Shown here in pieces: positions 1 to 16,900 of a DNA stretch of 64,000 nucleotides. A model generated the notes under the pieces. The model searched no databases and was not told the DNA's origin. It saw only the letters and a list, made by a program, of their open reading frames with translations. A program made the translations under genes and the position numbers. Position 1 is the stretch's first letter; every line of letters starts with the position of its first letter. Origin of the DNA: the human T2T-CHM13v2.0 reference genome, Homo sapiens; NCBI RefSeq assembly GCF_009914755.1, contig NC_060941.1; one strand, 5' to 3'.

Positions 1-9
1 TATTCTGCA

Positions 10-130
10 TGTGTATTCATTCATTCCTTCAATACATATTTAGTGTCTACTATGTTCCAGGCATCTTTCTGGGTGCTAGGGATGCAGCAGTTAACGACAA
101 CAAAAAAAGTCCCTGCTCTCATGGATCTTA
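10..130 (-). mobile_element. L2 3' end fragment
   Basis: ttcattcattccttcaatacatatttagtgtctactatgttccaggc, typical of an L2 tail in reverse complement. Confidence 0.65.
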
Positions 131-329
131 CATTTCATTCTCAACATGTCTTAACCAAACCCATCATCCTCGTTTCATTATAGAGTTGTTTAACTGCTTT
201 CTCTAGCATCTGGATTTGTCCTAACTGAAGTGGCATTTCTCAGTCCTCCAGATACATTCTAGTGTTATCTTTATTAACTTCCTTTCTCTCAACATGTAAT
301 TGTCATCTACAGTTGCATCTTACACTTCT

Positions 330-634
<305 letters not shown>

Positions 635-2194
635 CCACTTCTTTTTATTTCTTTTGCATTCCCCTGACTTCACCCAACACAGCATCTCTTACCCAAAGCA
701 CAGTAGCTTCCTGACTTGAGTTGCTGCTGGTGGTTAATGCTTACTCTCTCGTCCTATGTGAGTAGGATCATTTTCGGCCCATCAATTGAAAAAGTTGGCT
801 AAACCAGGGAAACCTAAAAAAATTAAACTATACTTTTAAACATTTTATTTTCACCCAAAACATATAACTGCACATTTGTTCACTCATCTTTAGTTATAGA
901 GCCAAGACATTGTCTTACAGTGGTCTTGTTGATTGAAGTTTTTTTAAACATCTTTCCATTCTTATATCTCCTATGATTTCCAGTTTTAGTTTTTTTAAAC
1001 ATGAGAAAGAACGAAAATACTTAAGAGGAAGATTGGATACTGAATCCTTTCACATGTTTGCAAATATTCCTCTATTATAATTGCTTCAGCCATTTTTAGT
1101 GACTCATCTTCATTGAGTCTTTTCAAACCATTCAGCATGTCTTTTGAGGAAGCGATATCTCTCCCTCTTTGTACTCATATTTCACTAGTTAATGTACAAA
1201 GTTATGGAAATAAATTTGCAAGTACAACTAGCATAAATAGGTTTGGGAACAAATATGCTTGACTCTTACTATGAAGACAACCCACATGATGGGAGCATGA
1301 GTGCCCAGGTGTCCCAGAGAGGAGACTACCAGCCAAAAGTGTTCATCTTGCCAAGGGTGTCAGTCAGTGTGTCCTGTAAACATGGGGTGCATTGGTTATT
1401 TTGGTGAATTGATTATCTGTAAAATGTTCAGTAGAGAGTGCATAAGAGAGCAACTTCTGTATTACCAGAGTAATCTTCCTAAGCCACAGCTGTCATGAGA
1501 TCACTTCTCTGCTCGAAAACCTTCAAGCACTCCTCACTGGTTGAGGGGCCAAGGGCAACATCTTGCCTTGTGATTCATTGTGATCTATGGCTGTCTTACC
1601 TCCCTCCCCCGTTGGTGCCTTGACTGTGACCTTTTCACAATCACTCTGGTGAACAACGACGGGGCCTGCTGCCGGGGCCTTGCTTGTCTAGGCTGTGCAT
1701 GTCCAAGCCAAGCCCCTCCCTCCCTGCTGCCCCCTTCTCTCCTCCTGCCACTGCAGACCTTGATGGATATGCTGTTCACCTGGAAAGGACCCGCTCATAG
1801 TAGCACCTCCTTCAAAAAGCGTTTCTTGAGCTCCTTTCAACAGGGCATGCTTTTTCCTTTAAAAACCCTTCTGCAGCACCCCATGTGTATTTGTTAAGTC
1901 ACTCCCATATCCTACCTATACTGCTTCTCCTGCCTAATAACTCTCTGTTGCCGTGAGTTGAACCCAGCTCACTGGACCTGCTCGCTGCTCATTCAGCAAG
2001 CAGGCAACTCCTGAGTATGGGTGATGCTGTCCCCTTTATCTCCTCTTCTTCAAAGACTGTGTGTCTTTGAATGCGAGCTCACCAGGCTCCCCCAGGCTTC
2101 AGTCATGCTAACTGATTCAGAGCGAGGACATGGCTCTTTTGAGGTTGTAAATAATACATCAAGTCTTGAAGGCTTATCTGCTTGTCTCCCTTGA

Positions 2195-2420
2195 CTTTTT
2201 CAAGAAGCAGCTTTATTGATAATAATTTACATACCATAAAATTCACCCATTTACAGTGTGCAATCCAGTGAATTTTAGTGAATTGACTGAGTTACAACCA
2301 TCACCGCAGATGAGTTTTAAGATATTCCTGTCACTCCAGAAATACCCCATGCTGCTGTTTCCAGTCAATATCTGTTTCCACCACCAGCTCCAGGCAACCA
2401 CTAATCTGTTTTTTATCCGT
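2195..2420 (-). mobile_element. Old L1M 3' end fragment
   Basis: ctttattgataataatttacataccataaaattcaccc...ggcaaccactaatctg. Confidence 0.75.
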
Positions 2421-2934
2421 ATAGCTCCTCCCTTGACTCTCCCTGCCACTTCCTCAGAATTGGAGTGTTTTCTGGACTAATGTGTGTGCTATTTGCCTAA
2501 GGAACTTTTCTTCCGATTCAGTTATGTAACTTTGTGATCTTCTCTTTCACTCATTCTCCCCATGTTCAAGTTTCTCTTGGTTTTCTTTGTTGTGTGAACC
2601 TAGTCTCTGTTCACCGAGTTGGCCTTTGGCTTATTAAGAAAACTGAGCTTTTTCCCCTCTTTCAGAATATGGAAAACTTGAATAGTGTCATGTACAAATA
2701 TTGTAGTGTCATGTACAAACCAGATGCTGAATGTTATCTACCGAATGAAGGAATCTGAGCCCTGCTAAGGCATGGGAAATCTTGTCTTCTGTTACATTCA
2801 GCATAGTGCGTGTAAAGTCACTAAATTATTATTTTGGTTAATAAATACTTTTTATTTTTTGGTAAGGAAAATTACATTGTTTTTATTAAGATGATTCATG
2901 CTTGATAGCTTAAAGAGTACAAACAAAGTAATAC

Positions 2935-3730
2935 CTTAAAAAGAAAAGTATAATATGATCCAGTATTTCCACTTCTGGTTATATACCCAAAATAATTGAA
3001 AGCAGGGACTTGAAAAGATATTTGTGCGCCCGTGTTCTTAGCAGCATTGTTTGCAATAACTAAAAGGTGGAAGCAACCCAAGTGTCCATCAACAGATGCG
3101 TAGATCAACAAAAATGTGGTATATACATACAACAGAATGTCAGGCCAGCCTTAAAAAGAAAGAATTTCTGACACGTGCTACAGCATGTGCTACCTCAAAG
3201 ACATTATGCTGAGTAAAAGGATTGTGTGATCATTCCTATGAGGGACCTAGAGTCACCAAATCCATAGAGACAGAAAGTTGAATGGTGATTGCCAGCGGCT
3301 GCGGGAGGAGGGAGTAGAGAGTTATTCTTTTATAGGTACCAAGTTTTGGTTGTGCAAGATGAAAAGAGTTCTGGAAATGGGGGTGGTGATGGTTGTACAA
3401 CAATGTGAATGTACTTAACACCTCTGGACTGTACACTAAAAATAGTTGAGATGCCAGCCTGGCTGACACAGTGAAAGCCTATCTTTACCAAAAAAAAAAA
3501 AAACCAACAAAAATTAGCCAGGCATGGTGGTGCGTGCCTGTAGTCACAGCTACTCGGGAGGCTAAGGCAGGAGAATCACTTGAACCTGGGAGGTGGAGGT
3601 TTCAGTGAGCTGAGATCGCGCCACTGTACTCTAGCCTTGGTTGACAGAGTGAGACCCTGTCTCAAAAAAAATAATAATTGAGATGGTGAGTTTTATGTTA
3701 CATATATTTTACCACAATTAAAAAATAAAA
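2935..3730 (+). mobile_element. L1MB-like 3' end, interrupted by a 5'-truncated Alu (3453-3680, +)
   Basis: atatgatccagtatttccacttctggttatatacccaaaa...aagcaacccaagtgtccatcaacagatg; aatagttgagatg/aataattgagatg flank the Alu. Confidence 0.85.
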
Positions 3731-3853
3731 ATAATAAAGGGAATAACAGAAGAAGAACAGAGAAGAAAGTTAAAGTACTATCTGAAACACCACGTCTTAG
3801 AAACAACCAGTGTTTGCCACAGGAATATTCTTTATAGGAAAAAAAAAAAAAAA

Positions 3854-4350
3854 GCCTGGGCAACGTGGCAAAACCCCATCTCTATCAAAAATACAAAACT
3901 TTAGCCAACCGTGGTGGTACGTGCCTGTGGTCCCAGCTACTCAGGAGGCTGAGGCAGGAGGATTGCTTGAGCCCAGGAAGTCGAGGCTGTAGTGAGCTGT
4001 GATGGCACTACTGCACGCCAGCCTGGGTAACAGAGCAAGATCAAGTTTCAAAAAAAAAAAAAAAAGTCCGAGCGTGGTGGCTCATGCCTGTAATCCCAGC
4101 ACTTTGGCAGGCCGAGGCGGGCAGATCACTTGAGGTCAGGGGTTTGAAACCAGCCTGGCCAACATAGTGAAACCCTGTCTCTACTAAAAATACAAAATTT
4201 AGCTGGGCATGGTGGCACGTGCCTGTAATCCCAGGTACTTGGGAGGCTGAGGCACGAGAATGGCTTGAACCTGGGAGGCGGAGGTTGAGCCACTGCACTC
4301 CAGCCTGTGCAACAGAGGTAAGACTCTGTCTCAAAAAAAAAACAAAAAAA
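3854..4350 (+). mobile_element. Tandem Alus: 5'-truncated AluJ (3854-4065) and AluS (4066-4350)
   Basis: Alu consensus with poly-A tails. Confidence 0.92.
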
Positions 4351-4792
4351 CAACCAGTGTATGGGGATGGTTTTCTAAGCATCTCTTTCAGCGGTGGTAC
4401 CTTCGTAACGACAAATACCAGTACAGGTTCAGAGTAGGGGGAATCCATTCAGAGTCCTTGAGAGGAGGCCTGCAGCAGGGATGGGGGGCTGATCACGCAA
4501 GGCAGGAAAGTTGTCTGTACCTGCAGCAGTGAGTGCCTGATAGGCCTGTGGGGCGGCTTCAGTGCCCACCACAGGGCGTGGGGGAGCCCAGGCAACAGGG
4601 AGCCTCCTTCTGCCATTAGTGGAGGGAGGGGCCTAGGCTGCTGAGGTTGAGCTTCCCAAGGGAGTTCTGTAGAGGAGAGAATAAAGAGCACACTATGTGA
4701 GTTCACTGAGAGTCCTCGCTTTGAGAAAAGGTGACACACTCCTGGGACTCCCAGAAATACTGCGGGAACTTTGCAGTTGGGACGATAAGTAA

Positions 4793-5164
<372 letters not shown>

Positions 5165-5304
5165 TGACCCCATTGGTACCCCTAGACTTGTTGGTCTAGG
5201 GAAACATGAGACACACAAAATACATAGGAAGGTGTTCAGCCTATAATTTTCCTTTATATATAAGTGAACTTCAAAATCTTGAAGGCCAATGATGACTTTG
5301 ATTT

Positions 5305-5430
5305 TTCTGTTTTAGCAATAGGGTCTTGCTATGTTGCTTAGATTAGACTGGAGCTTCTGGGCTCAGGCAATCCTCCTGCCTCAGCCTCCCAAATAGCTGG
5401 GGCTACTGGCATGCATTACTATGCCTGGCT
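5305..5430 (-). mobile_element. FLAM / Alu monomer
   Basis: Single diverged Alu arm. Confidence 0.75.
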
Positions 5431-5804
5431 CAATGAAGATTTTTTATATTTGTACCAAGGTCTCAAAGAAGGCAGTGGGCAGATAATAGAGGTGTCACAC
5501 GCTAGGAGGATGGATCACCTAATGAATCAGTGGCTGAGACAAGTACAGAGGTTTTTTTTGTGTGTATAGTTTTATAGTGATTGATATCAGTCTTCTTTCA
5601 TTTAGATTATAGCAAGGTTATTCATATTTAAGTTAAGCCCTATTAAGGCTAAAAACATTCTAATTCAAGAAGGATGTTCAAGATTCTCTCCTTAAAGATA
5701 TTCCATATTTTATAGTTTGCTGTTTAAAGAAACTATTTGTTTTCTGTGAATCCTGAAATGTTGATTTCTCTTTGAAGATTCTGTGTCCAGCTTCTACTGG
5801 AGAC

Positions 5805-6030
5805 AAAGTGGTTTAGTGTAGGAAGAACGAGTGCTTCAGTGGCAACAGGCCTGCATTAAATTTCAGCTCCCTACTTTTAATCTATATGACCTTGGGCAAG
5901 ATAGCGTAATCTCCCTGAACCTCGGTCTCTTGCTTGTAAGTAGAGAAAAAGAATGGCTACTGGGTCAGACCACACCGGATTCGCTGGATTGTAACACTGA
6001 GGAAGTGTGCCAAGTGCGTAACAGAATGGA
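5805..6030 (+). mobile_element. MIR
   Basis: tatgaccttgggcaag...ccctgaacctcggtctc core; strand tentative. Confidence 0.65.
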
Positions 6031-6559
6031 AAGTAGGTAACTCAGAGGGTGTTTAATTCAGGGGTTCGGCATGCCAAAAAGGGTGCAGGTTCTTTCCATC
6101 TTTTTGGTCGACCACCCTGATTGTGCTGGCTTGGCCCTCTGGCCAGCTCCCCTCGTCATCACGAGATAACTACTAGAGTTCTGGCAACCTCAAACCGAGG
6201 ACAGAGTCCCATGGAAGAAGAAGGTTTCAGTATCTCTTTAAGAATAAGAGAACTTTCCCCAGCCTTCCTCCCAGCAGACCTCCCTTCAAATGTTTTTGGT
6301 CAGAACTGGGTCTCATAGCATCCTTGACCTAGTCACTAGCAAGGAAAATGGAATCACCAGGATTAACGTAGGCTGTGCATGAAGGATCTACTACTCAGCT
6401 AAGAACAGGCCACCTTCTCTCAGGGCCAGCTCCCTGGCAGGCAGGAAGGAAGGAAGGAAGATGTGGGAAATGGCTGATAGGTAGTCCACAGAGACTGCCA
6501 CACTTGTTTTGTGGTGTTAATTTAAGGTCTAGTTTATTATTTGGATCAGGAATGTTTAA

Positions 6560-7735
<1,176 letters not shown>

Positions 7736-7742
7736 ATCGTGA

Positions 7743-8032
7743 TTTTTTTTTTTTTTTTTTTGAGACGGAGTTTCGCTCTTGTTTCCCAGGCTGGAGTGCT
7801 TGGCTCACCGCAGGCTCCGCCTCCCGGGTTCAAGTGATTCTCCTGCCTCAGCCTCCTGAGTAGCTGGGATTACAGATATGCACCACCATGCCCGGCTAAT
7901 TTTGTATTTTTAGTAAAGACAGGGTTTCTCCATGTTGGTCAGGCTGGTCTCGATCTCACAACCTCAGGTGATCTGCCTGCCTTGGCCTCCCAAAGTGCTG
8001 AGATTAACAGGTGTGAGCCACCATGCCTGGCC
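7743..8032 (-). mobile_element. AluSp-like
   Basis: Alu reverse complement; atggatc(g/a)tgattt flanking duplication. Confidence 0.93.
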
Positions 8033-8039
8033 ATGGATC

Positions 8040-8375
8040 ATGATTTAAAAAAAATACTGGCACAAGGAAATTTGAACTCTGGCTATTTGGTAAAAAATTA
8101 TTGTTAATATTTTTTAGTTGAGATAATGGAATTGTGTGTGTGTTTTTTAAAGAGTTCTTATCTTTAGAAATCCATGCTGAAATATTTACCAATGAAATAG
8201 GATGTCTTGGATTTGCTTCAAAATAATTGAAGCTAGAGGAAGAAGTGGGTGATAGATGAAAAAAATTGGCTCTGAGTTGGAAACTATTGAAACTGAGTTG
8301 AGAGGCATATGGAGGGCCATTATATTAGTTCTCTTTAGTTTTGTGTATGTTGCGGCTTTTCATAAAAGGTTTTTA
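8040..8375 (+). mobile_element. Old L1MC/ME 3' end fragment
   Basis: tctttagaaatccatgctgaaatattta...gatttgcttcaaaataat. Confidence 0.7.
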
Positions 8376-8416
8376 CTAATTAAAGTTTAATCATGTATTA
8401 TTTAAAAATGATAGAG

Positions 8417-8716
8417 ACAGGGTGCAATGGCTCATGCTATAATCCCAACACTTCAGGAGGCCAAGTAGGGAAAATTGCTGGAGGCCTGGAGTTCAAGGCC
8501 AGTCTGGGCAACATAGTGAGATCCCATATCTATAAAACATTTAAAAAAGTTAGCTGGGTGTGATGACATGAGGCTATAATCCCAGCTACTTGGGAGGGAG
8601 GCTGAGGTGGGAGGATCATTTGAGCCCAGGAGTTCGAGACTGCAGTGAGCTATAATTGGGCCACTGTATTCAAGCCTGGGCAATAGAGCAAGACTCTGTC
8701 TCAAAATAAGAAAAAA
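8417..8716 (+). mobile_element. AluJ
   Basis: Diverged Alu consensus. Confidence 0.9.
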
Positions 8717-8909
8717 GATGGACACTTTGGTGTTTAGTAAAAATTAGGAACTGTCTTCTGGTCCTACCTTTGCTTAAGTTTAGTTCTTAACAGTATTCTG
8801 AGGAATAAATGAATATTTGTTGAATATATATGTATTAGAGTTTATTATTCAAGGAATCTTCCTAGAAACTGAAGATTTTTGGTAATATGATAAATTTTAC
8901 TTGAAATTA

Positions 8910-9114
<205 letters not shown>

Positions 9115-9388
9115 AATTTTACTTTAAATTATTTTAACATTTATGTATTTTTCCAAATAAATGTATTTTTAACTCAAAAGCAAAAAGCAGTACATGTGCA
9201 CTAGAAAAAAAAAAAAAAAAGGACAAGCAATAAAAGAACTTATATAAAGGACATCATAATCTTGCCTACTCAGAGAGGGCCACTCTCAATCAGTGCCTTG
9301 AGGTATAATTGTTGAAACCCTTTCCATCTTATCCAGGTATCTGTGTCTATATAGTTTTTGTTTATGTACAAAAATTTAGAATTGTATT

Positions 9389-9688
<300 letters not shown>

Positions 9689-9915
9689 GGATTACATTCT
9701 TAACATATGTACTGTTTTGCTTTTAACTTAGTATCTGACACATAGCTTTAGAGACTGCATAGGAAGCCATCATATAGCTGTATTATATTTTATTAAACTT
9801 GGACATTTGTGTTGAACATTGTAGGTTTTTCCAGCTTTTTGCTATTACAAACAGAAAGGAGGCAACGTGCAGTTGTTAAGAACACAAACTCTGGAGTTAA
9901 ATGGCATGGTTTCTC

Positions 9916-10411
9916 TGCAGAAAAGGGTGAATGTAGCAGGTCTGGGACTGCTGTCCTTAGAAAGGCTGCTTCCAAGGTTGGCACTTGGCTCGTGTCAGGG
10001 AACTTGGATTTCGGAAGGGTTCCTGCCACCCTAATTGGTAAGAGTGGCTCACTGCATAAACTGTGCAAACACTGTAGTTTATGCTGAACTCCTGTTTTCC
10101 TTCCAGGAGCCTACGTGATCGCCTGGTAAAAACCCTGGATGCTAAGTCTCTAGTGAATTTCCCTGGCAGACATTTCACACGTGTTGTCACAGCTCATTGC
10201 TGGAAGAATTAAGCACACCCTGAATGACTACACTGGGGGGAAATTCATGGAAGCTTGCACCTAGTTTCCTCTGGACTTGGTCTTGTAGACCTTTTCCCTT
10301 TTCTTTGTATCCTTTTGCTGTCATATATCATAGCTCTGAGTGCAACTGTGTGCTGAGTCTTGTGAGTCCTTTCAGAGAATCACCAAACCTTGGGGTGGAC
10401 TTGGGGACACA
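9916..10411 (+). mobile_element. MER21-family solo LTR inserted in a MIR (MIR parts ~9865-9915 and 10412-10590)
   Basis: TG...CA ends; starts tgcagaaaagggtgaatgtagcagg and ends ggggtggacttggggacaca; MIR core resumes afterwards. Confidence 0.8.
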
Positions 10412-10548
10412 GGTTTAAATCCTGGCTCTGCTGCTTTCTAGCGGAGTAAACTTAGGCAAGTTACTCACCCTCTCAGTCATTTTCTAATCTTTAATTTGAG
10501 TTAAAAAAACAGTTTTGTTTTATAAATCGAAATATATAATGTACTTAG

Positions 10549-11417
<869 letters not shown>

Positions 11418-11813
11418 TTAATGTGTTCTGGTCATAGTAGTAAAATATATTTATTAAGACAGATATTTGGTATAGAAAAAAAGTCTTTCCTAATTCTATA
11501 TTTCAGATATAGTTATTTCTAATAATTTGCTATATACATGTCAAAATTTATTTCTACACATATTAATATGGACAGTAGAATATAGAAATTTTTAATAAAA
11601 ATGGGACCACATATATATTATTTTATTGTTTATGCCTGTATATAAGGGATCTTTATATTCAGTGAAGTTCCATAAAAACCTTTTTGTCTTCCTTAAAACG
11701 CTTAGATTATAGGTGAAGTAAAAAATATGTAATTATAATGTCCAAGTTGTCAACTTAGTTATACCTTTACATTTGAAATTACACATTATAGAAATACAGT
11801 AATTTAGAAATTA

Positions 11814-12161
11814 CAGACAGTCCCTGACTTATGATGGTTTGACTTAGGATTTTTTGACTTTGTGATGGTACAAAAGCTATACTGTACTTCAAATTTTGAA
11901 TTTTGATCTTTTACCAGGCTAGTGATATGTGGAGCTACACTTTTTTGTGATGCTGGGCAGTGGTTGTGAGCCGCAGCTCCTAGTCAGCCCTGCAATCATG
12001 GGGGTAAACCTTCAACAGTACTGCGTTGTCAGCATTTTTTTGAATATTGTTTGCCAGCATTTTTGCATCCATCCTGTCTACAAAGCCCATCTCGACTTAG
12101 AATATTTTCAGTTTACAATGGGTTATTGGGACGTAACCCATCATAAGTTGAGGAGTGTCTG
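11814..12161 (-). mobile_element. MER47-like TcMar-Tigger DNA transposon
   Basis: TA-flanked; terminal inverted repeats cagacagtccctgacttatgatgg / ccatcataagttgaggagtgtctg. Confidence 0.8.
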
Positions 12162-12429
12162 TACACTGTTGCTTTTTTTATAGTCATCACAGGCGTCTTT
12201 GACATGTCACCCTGTCACCATGATCATCAGAGCCACTTTTAAGGTTTACATCAGATACACAGCACATCAGCTTCACTTCCGCGTGTTGCTTGATTCCACT
12301 GGACTCTTTGATTCCACAGGAAATTTTATCCTGTTCATATAACATTCAGGCAGTTGGTTTTTCATTTGCCCAGGATGTGTGACTGCCACAACCTGACTGA
12401 TCCCTGAACTGCTTTTTAAAATTATCCAT

Positions 12430-12985
<556 letters not shown>

Positions 12986-13094
12986 ACAAGCATTGACAGG
13001 TACAGAAGTACCATGAGGGAGACAGCATTGAATTCTGTCTGAGATGTGCAGGCAGACCAAAGGGGGGTGATAACAGAGCAAGAATTTAAAAGAT

Positions 13095-13792
<698 letters not shown>

Positions 13793-13794
13793 AG

Positions 13795-14330
13795 ATGAAT
13801 AAGCATTTGCCAGGCAGCTCAGTTATGGACGAGGTGTTGAAACCGACGGAATATAGCAGATATGAAAGCATAGAGGCCTGAAACAATAGGGTGTGTTCAG
13901 GGAGCTACAGCTGGCTCAACATTGCTGTAATATAAGTTGGGAGGGAGAACTTCTGAAAGCTGAGGCTAGAACAATAGGGGTGGAGGTGGAGCACATGATT
14001 ATGAAGGACCTTGGTATACTAAGCTTAGAAGGACTTCATCTTAAGGGTAGAGGGGAGCCACAGGAACTTCTAGGCAGAGGCATGGCGCAGTCAGATTTGC
14101 ATTTTTGATAATTCAGGTGGAGGAGCAATTTAAGTAGCAGCGAAAGTGGAAGTAGTAAGTTAGTTGGGAAGCTAATGCAGTAGCCCTTGTGAAGCAAAGA
14201 TGCAGCAAAGACAAGAGAGGCAAAGTCTGGAAAATGTTAAGGTGATGAAATGTGCAGGACTTGACTAGATATTTTAAATGTGGGAGGTGAGAGAGCCATA
14301 GGAGTCCAGGTTGGGTTGGGGTCTTACTTG
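13795..14330 (-). mobile_element. L2 fragment
   Basis: Purine-rich L2 body motifs (cagatttgcattttt, gcaggacttgactag). Confidence 0.55.
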
Positions 14331-14804
14331 TCCAGTTTCCATAAAGAGACATGTTAATTACTTGACATTTTACAGAATTAGTATATTGACTCATTGATTT
14401 CCAAAACTCTTTGAATAAGTATGTAACTGTTCTGTAGATTGAAGTTGTGTCACTCTTACCATGATCACAAACTCAGGCTCTGCCTATCATTTTGGAACTA
14501 TTTGGGGAAGTCGACCATCTTTTCTGGGCTAGTTACCTTTTTAAAAGGGGAGGGAGTTGCACTTGGTGTCATATGCATTTCTGCTCTAACATTGTTTCCT
14601 GCTATTTATTTTCCTTAGTATATTTGCTTGTACATGCTCAGTATTGTGCTGTGTTTTATAGATTACAGAAATAAAACTGTGACTCTTGTCTTTGACACGC
14701 TAGTTTTGTGGCAGAAACCAACTCATGGTACTATACTACCACTAAAAAGAAGTAATGTGTATTTAAGGGCTAATTTGTGTCTGCTGCCTGCAGCCTATAC
14801 ATTG

Positions 14805-15990
14805 GTTCATTCATTTGTTTTCATTCATTTGTTCCGAGTCTCTGTGTTTATAAAGTTTACACTCTAGTGGAGGAACAATAATTAGTAAACATGTAGTATA
14901 TGGAATGGTGATCAGTGTCACAGAGGCCAGCAAAGTAGGAGAGGGTGTGTGCTGAGGGTCTGGCTTACTATTTAATGTGGTGCGATGAGAGAAGCCCCCT
15001 TAGTAGGGTGACATTTGAGCAAAGGCCCAGGGAGTGAGAGAGGGTGAGACATAAGGTCTATGCAGTGTAGGTGTCGGGAGGAAGAATGTTGCAGGCAGAG
15101 GGAACACCAAGTGCAAAGGCCCTGAGATGGGAACATGCCCCGCTTATTTGAGGAACAGTGAGGAGGCCGGTGTAGCAACAGCAATGTGAGAAGGGGAAGG
15201 TGAGTTCACTGATGGGGGAAGAGGAGGATTATTCAGGGCCTTGGAGGCCATTGTAAGGGCTTTGACTTTCCCTCCAAGTGAGACAGAAAGACACTGGAGC
15301 GTTGCAAGTTGGGGTGTGACATGATTTGACCTAGGCTTTAGAAGCATCACTCTCACTGTATGTGCAGAATGGACTATAAAGAGGCAAGGGCAGGAGAAGT
15401 GAGACTGGTTAGGAGGCAGTTGCAGTAATCCTGGCAGGAGATGACAGCGGCTTGGATCGGGGGTAGCAGTGGAGGAGGTGAGAAGTGCTGAGATGTAGGG
15501 CTATTTATGATACACATACTGACAGGCGTTGTTGAGGGACGAGATGTGGCATGTGAAAGGAGTCGAGGTTTCTGGCCTGAGTCACTGGAAGAACGGAACT
15601 GCCACTTATGGAGATGGAGAGGACTATTAAAAAACCTAAGTGGAGGTGTCAAGAGAAGGTGTCAAGAAGGTAGTTGGACAAATGAGTCTGGAGTTAGAAG
15701 AGGGAACCAGCCTGGAGATATGTAGATGGTATTTGAAAGCCACAAGTTGGTAAATCAAAGACCAAGAGAGTATATAGGAAAGAGGTCTGTTGGCTGAGCT
15801 TTAGTGCCCAGGGTGGGTCAAGATGAGGAGGAACCAACAAAGGGGACTGGGAAGAGGCTTTTAGGGGAGTGAGCAGAAAACTAGGAGAGGGTAGCATCCT
15901 GGAACCAAGTGAACACACTGTTTGGAGGCGTTAGGAGTAATCAGTGGTGTCCTACGATGTTGATGCGTGACACCTGAGAATGGACCGTAG
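14805..15990 (-). mobile_element. L2 fragment
   Basis: ttcattcattt tail; gtgacatttgagcaaaggccc...agagggaacaccaagtgcaaaggccctgag. Confidence 0.8.
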
Positions 15991-16530
15991 TGTTCAAGTG
16001 ATGCACGAGATAGAACCAGTCATACCACTAATGGTTTTTTTAGTCCTAAATATTTTTACTGCAAGATTTCGTTGTTCTAAGTGTTTTCACTGTCAGATGA
16101 AGGATGAAAGTCGTTCAGGGTAATTTCCATTTTAGTAATTTCCGACAGCGGCAGAACAGTTTCTACTTACGATTGGTATGCATTTTTATTATTAGCCATA
16201 GTATTCATTTTGGGTGAGTACGTCTTTGTTAGCGTTATTTTTCTTCACCACCTCCTCGAGTTGTTCATCCATTCATTCATTCACCCAAAGAAATGCTTAT
16301 TAAGCGCCTGTCCTGCGCTAGTCCTAGGTTTCTCTTGTCCTGATAGGTCTAGCTTCACACGAGCAGGATTTTGCCTTTCCGGCGGCACTAGGCTTCCGCC
16401 TCACCGCAGTGGGGTTTTTCCAGCCTACCTTGTGCAGCTGCGGTTCTCAGCATCCGCGGGCGGAGGCCTGCAGCCGGTCAGCCGGTGCGTCCCGCCCACG
16501 GCGCGGGGCCTTCTGGCAGCCAAGAAGGAA

Positions 16531-16675
16531 ATACAGATGAGGTGGGCGGACAGTATGCAGATGACGGGGGCGGGCCGCGCCTGGCGGGCGGTGTGCAGTT
16601 GAGGTGGTCCGGCAGGATGCAGATGAAGGGGGCGGGCCGCGAGGGCGGGCTTGATGCAGATGAGGGGGCGGGGCC
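16531..16675 (+). promoter_or_regulatory. Five copies of an (A/G)T(G/A)CAG(A/T)TGA + GC-box module
   Basis: Copies start at 16531, 16555, 16593, 16617 and 16654. Confidence 0.8.
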
Positions 16676-16860
16676 CACGGGCGCGGGAGAGCCGCGGCTC
16701 CGCCGGCAGCTGCTGGGAACTGGAAGGCGCCCGGTCCTTTCTTTGACTGGAGCGGACCCGCCGGACGCAACCGCCTCGCCAGCCGGAGCCAGCGCGAGCT
16801 CGGCACGGTGGACACCCGGTCCGAGGCCGGCAAGCCGGCTGGTGCCCGAGTCGGCCAAGC

Positions 16861-16900
16861 ATGGGCAACCACTCAGGACGGCCCGAGGATCCGGAACCAG
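16861..16900 (+). CDS. SPECC1: Coding part of an alternative first exon (MGNHSGRPEDPEP + 1 nt, phase-1 donor) of SPECC1/cytospin-B short-N-terminus isoforms
   Basis: ATG at 16861 in strong Kozak context (ccaagcATGG; -3 A, +4 G) inside a CpG island. No other ATG lies between 16664 and 16860. The frame is open to CAG|GTCTGT (GT at 16901). The peptide matches my recollection of the SPECC1 isoform start MGNHSGRPEDPEPGAFTTTKRTG; not checked against a database. Confidence 0.85.

Noticed and set aside
2643-2719. Acceptor-like tract at 2665 and a 16 bp duplication (2683/2704)
   Set aside because: No convincing exon or donor; short slippage duplications are commonplace.
3801-4360. aaacaaccagtgt at 3801 and 4348 as a target duplication around a chimeric insert
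   Set aside because: Could be chance similarity within decayed L1 sequence; cannot be resolved by eye.
16531-16675. Repeat-spacer appearance suggestive of a CRISPR array
   Set aside because: Units are short, degenerate and irregularly spaced, there are no cas genes, and the context is primate DNA.
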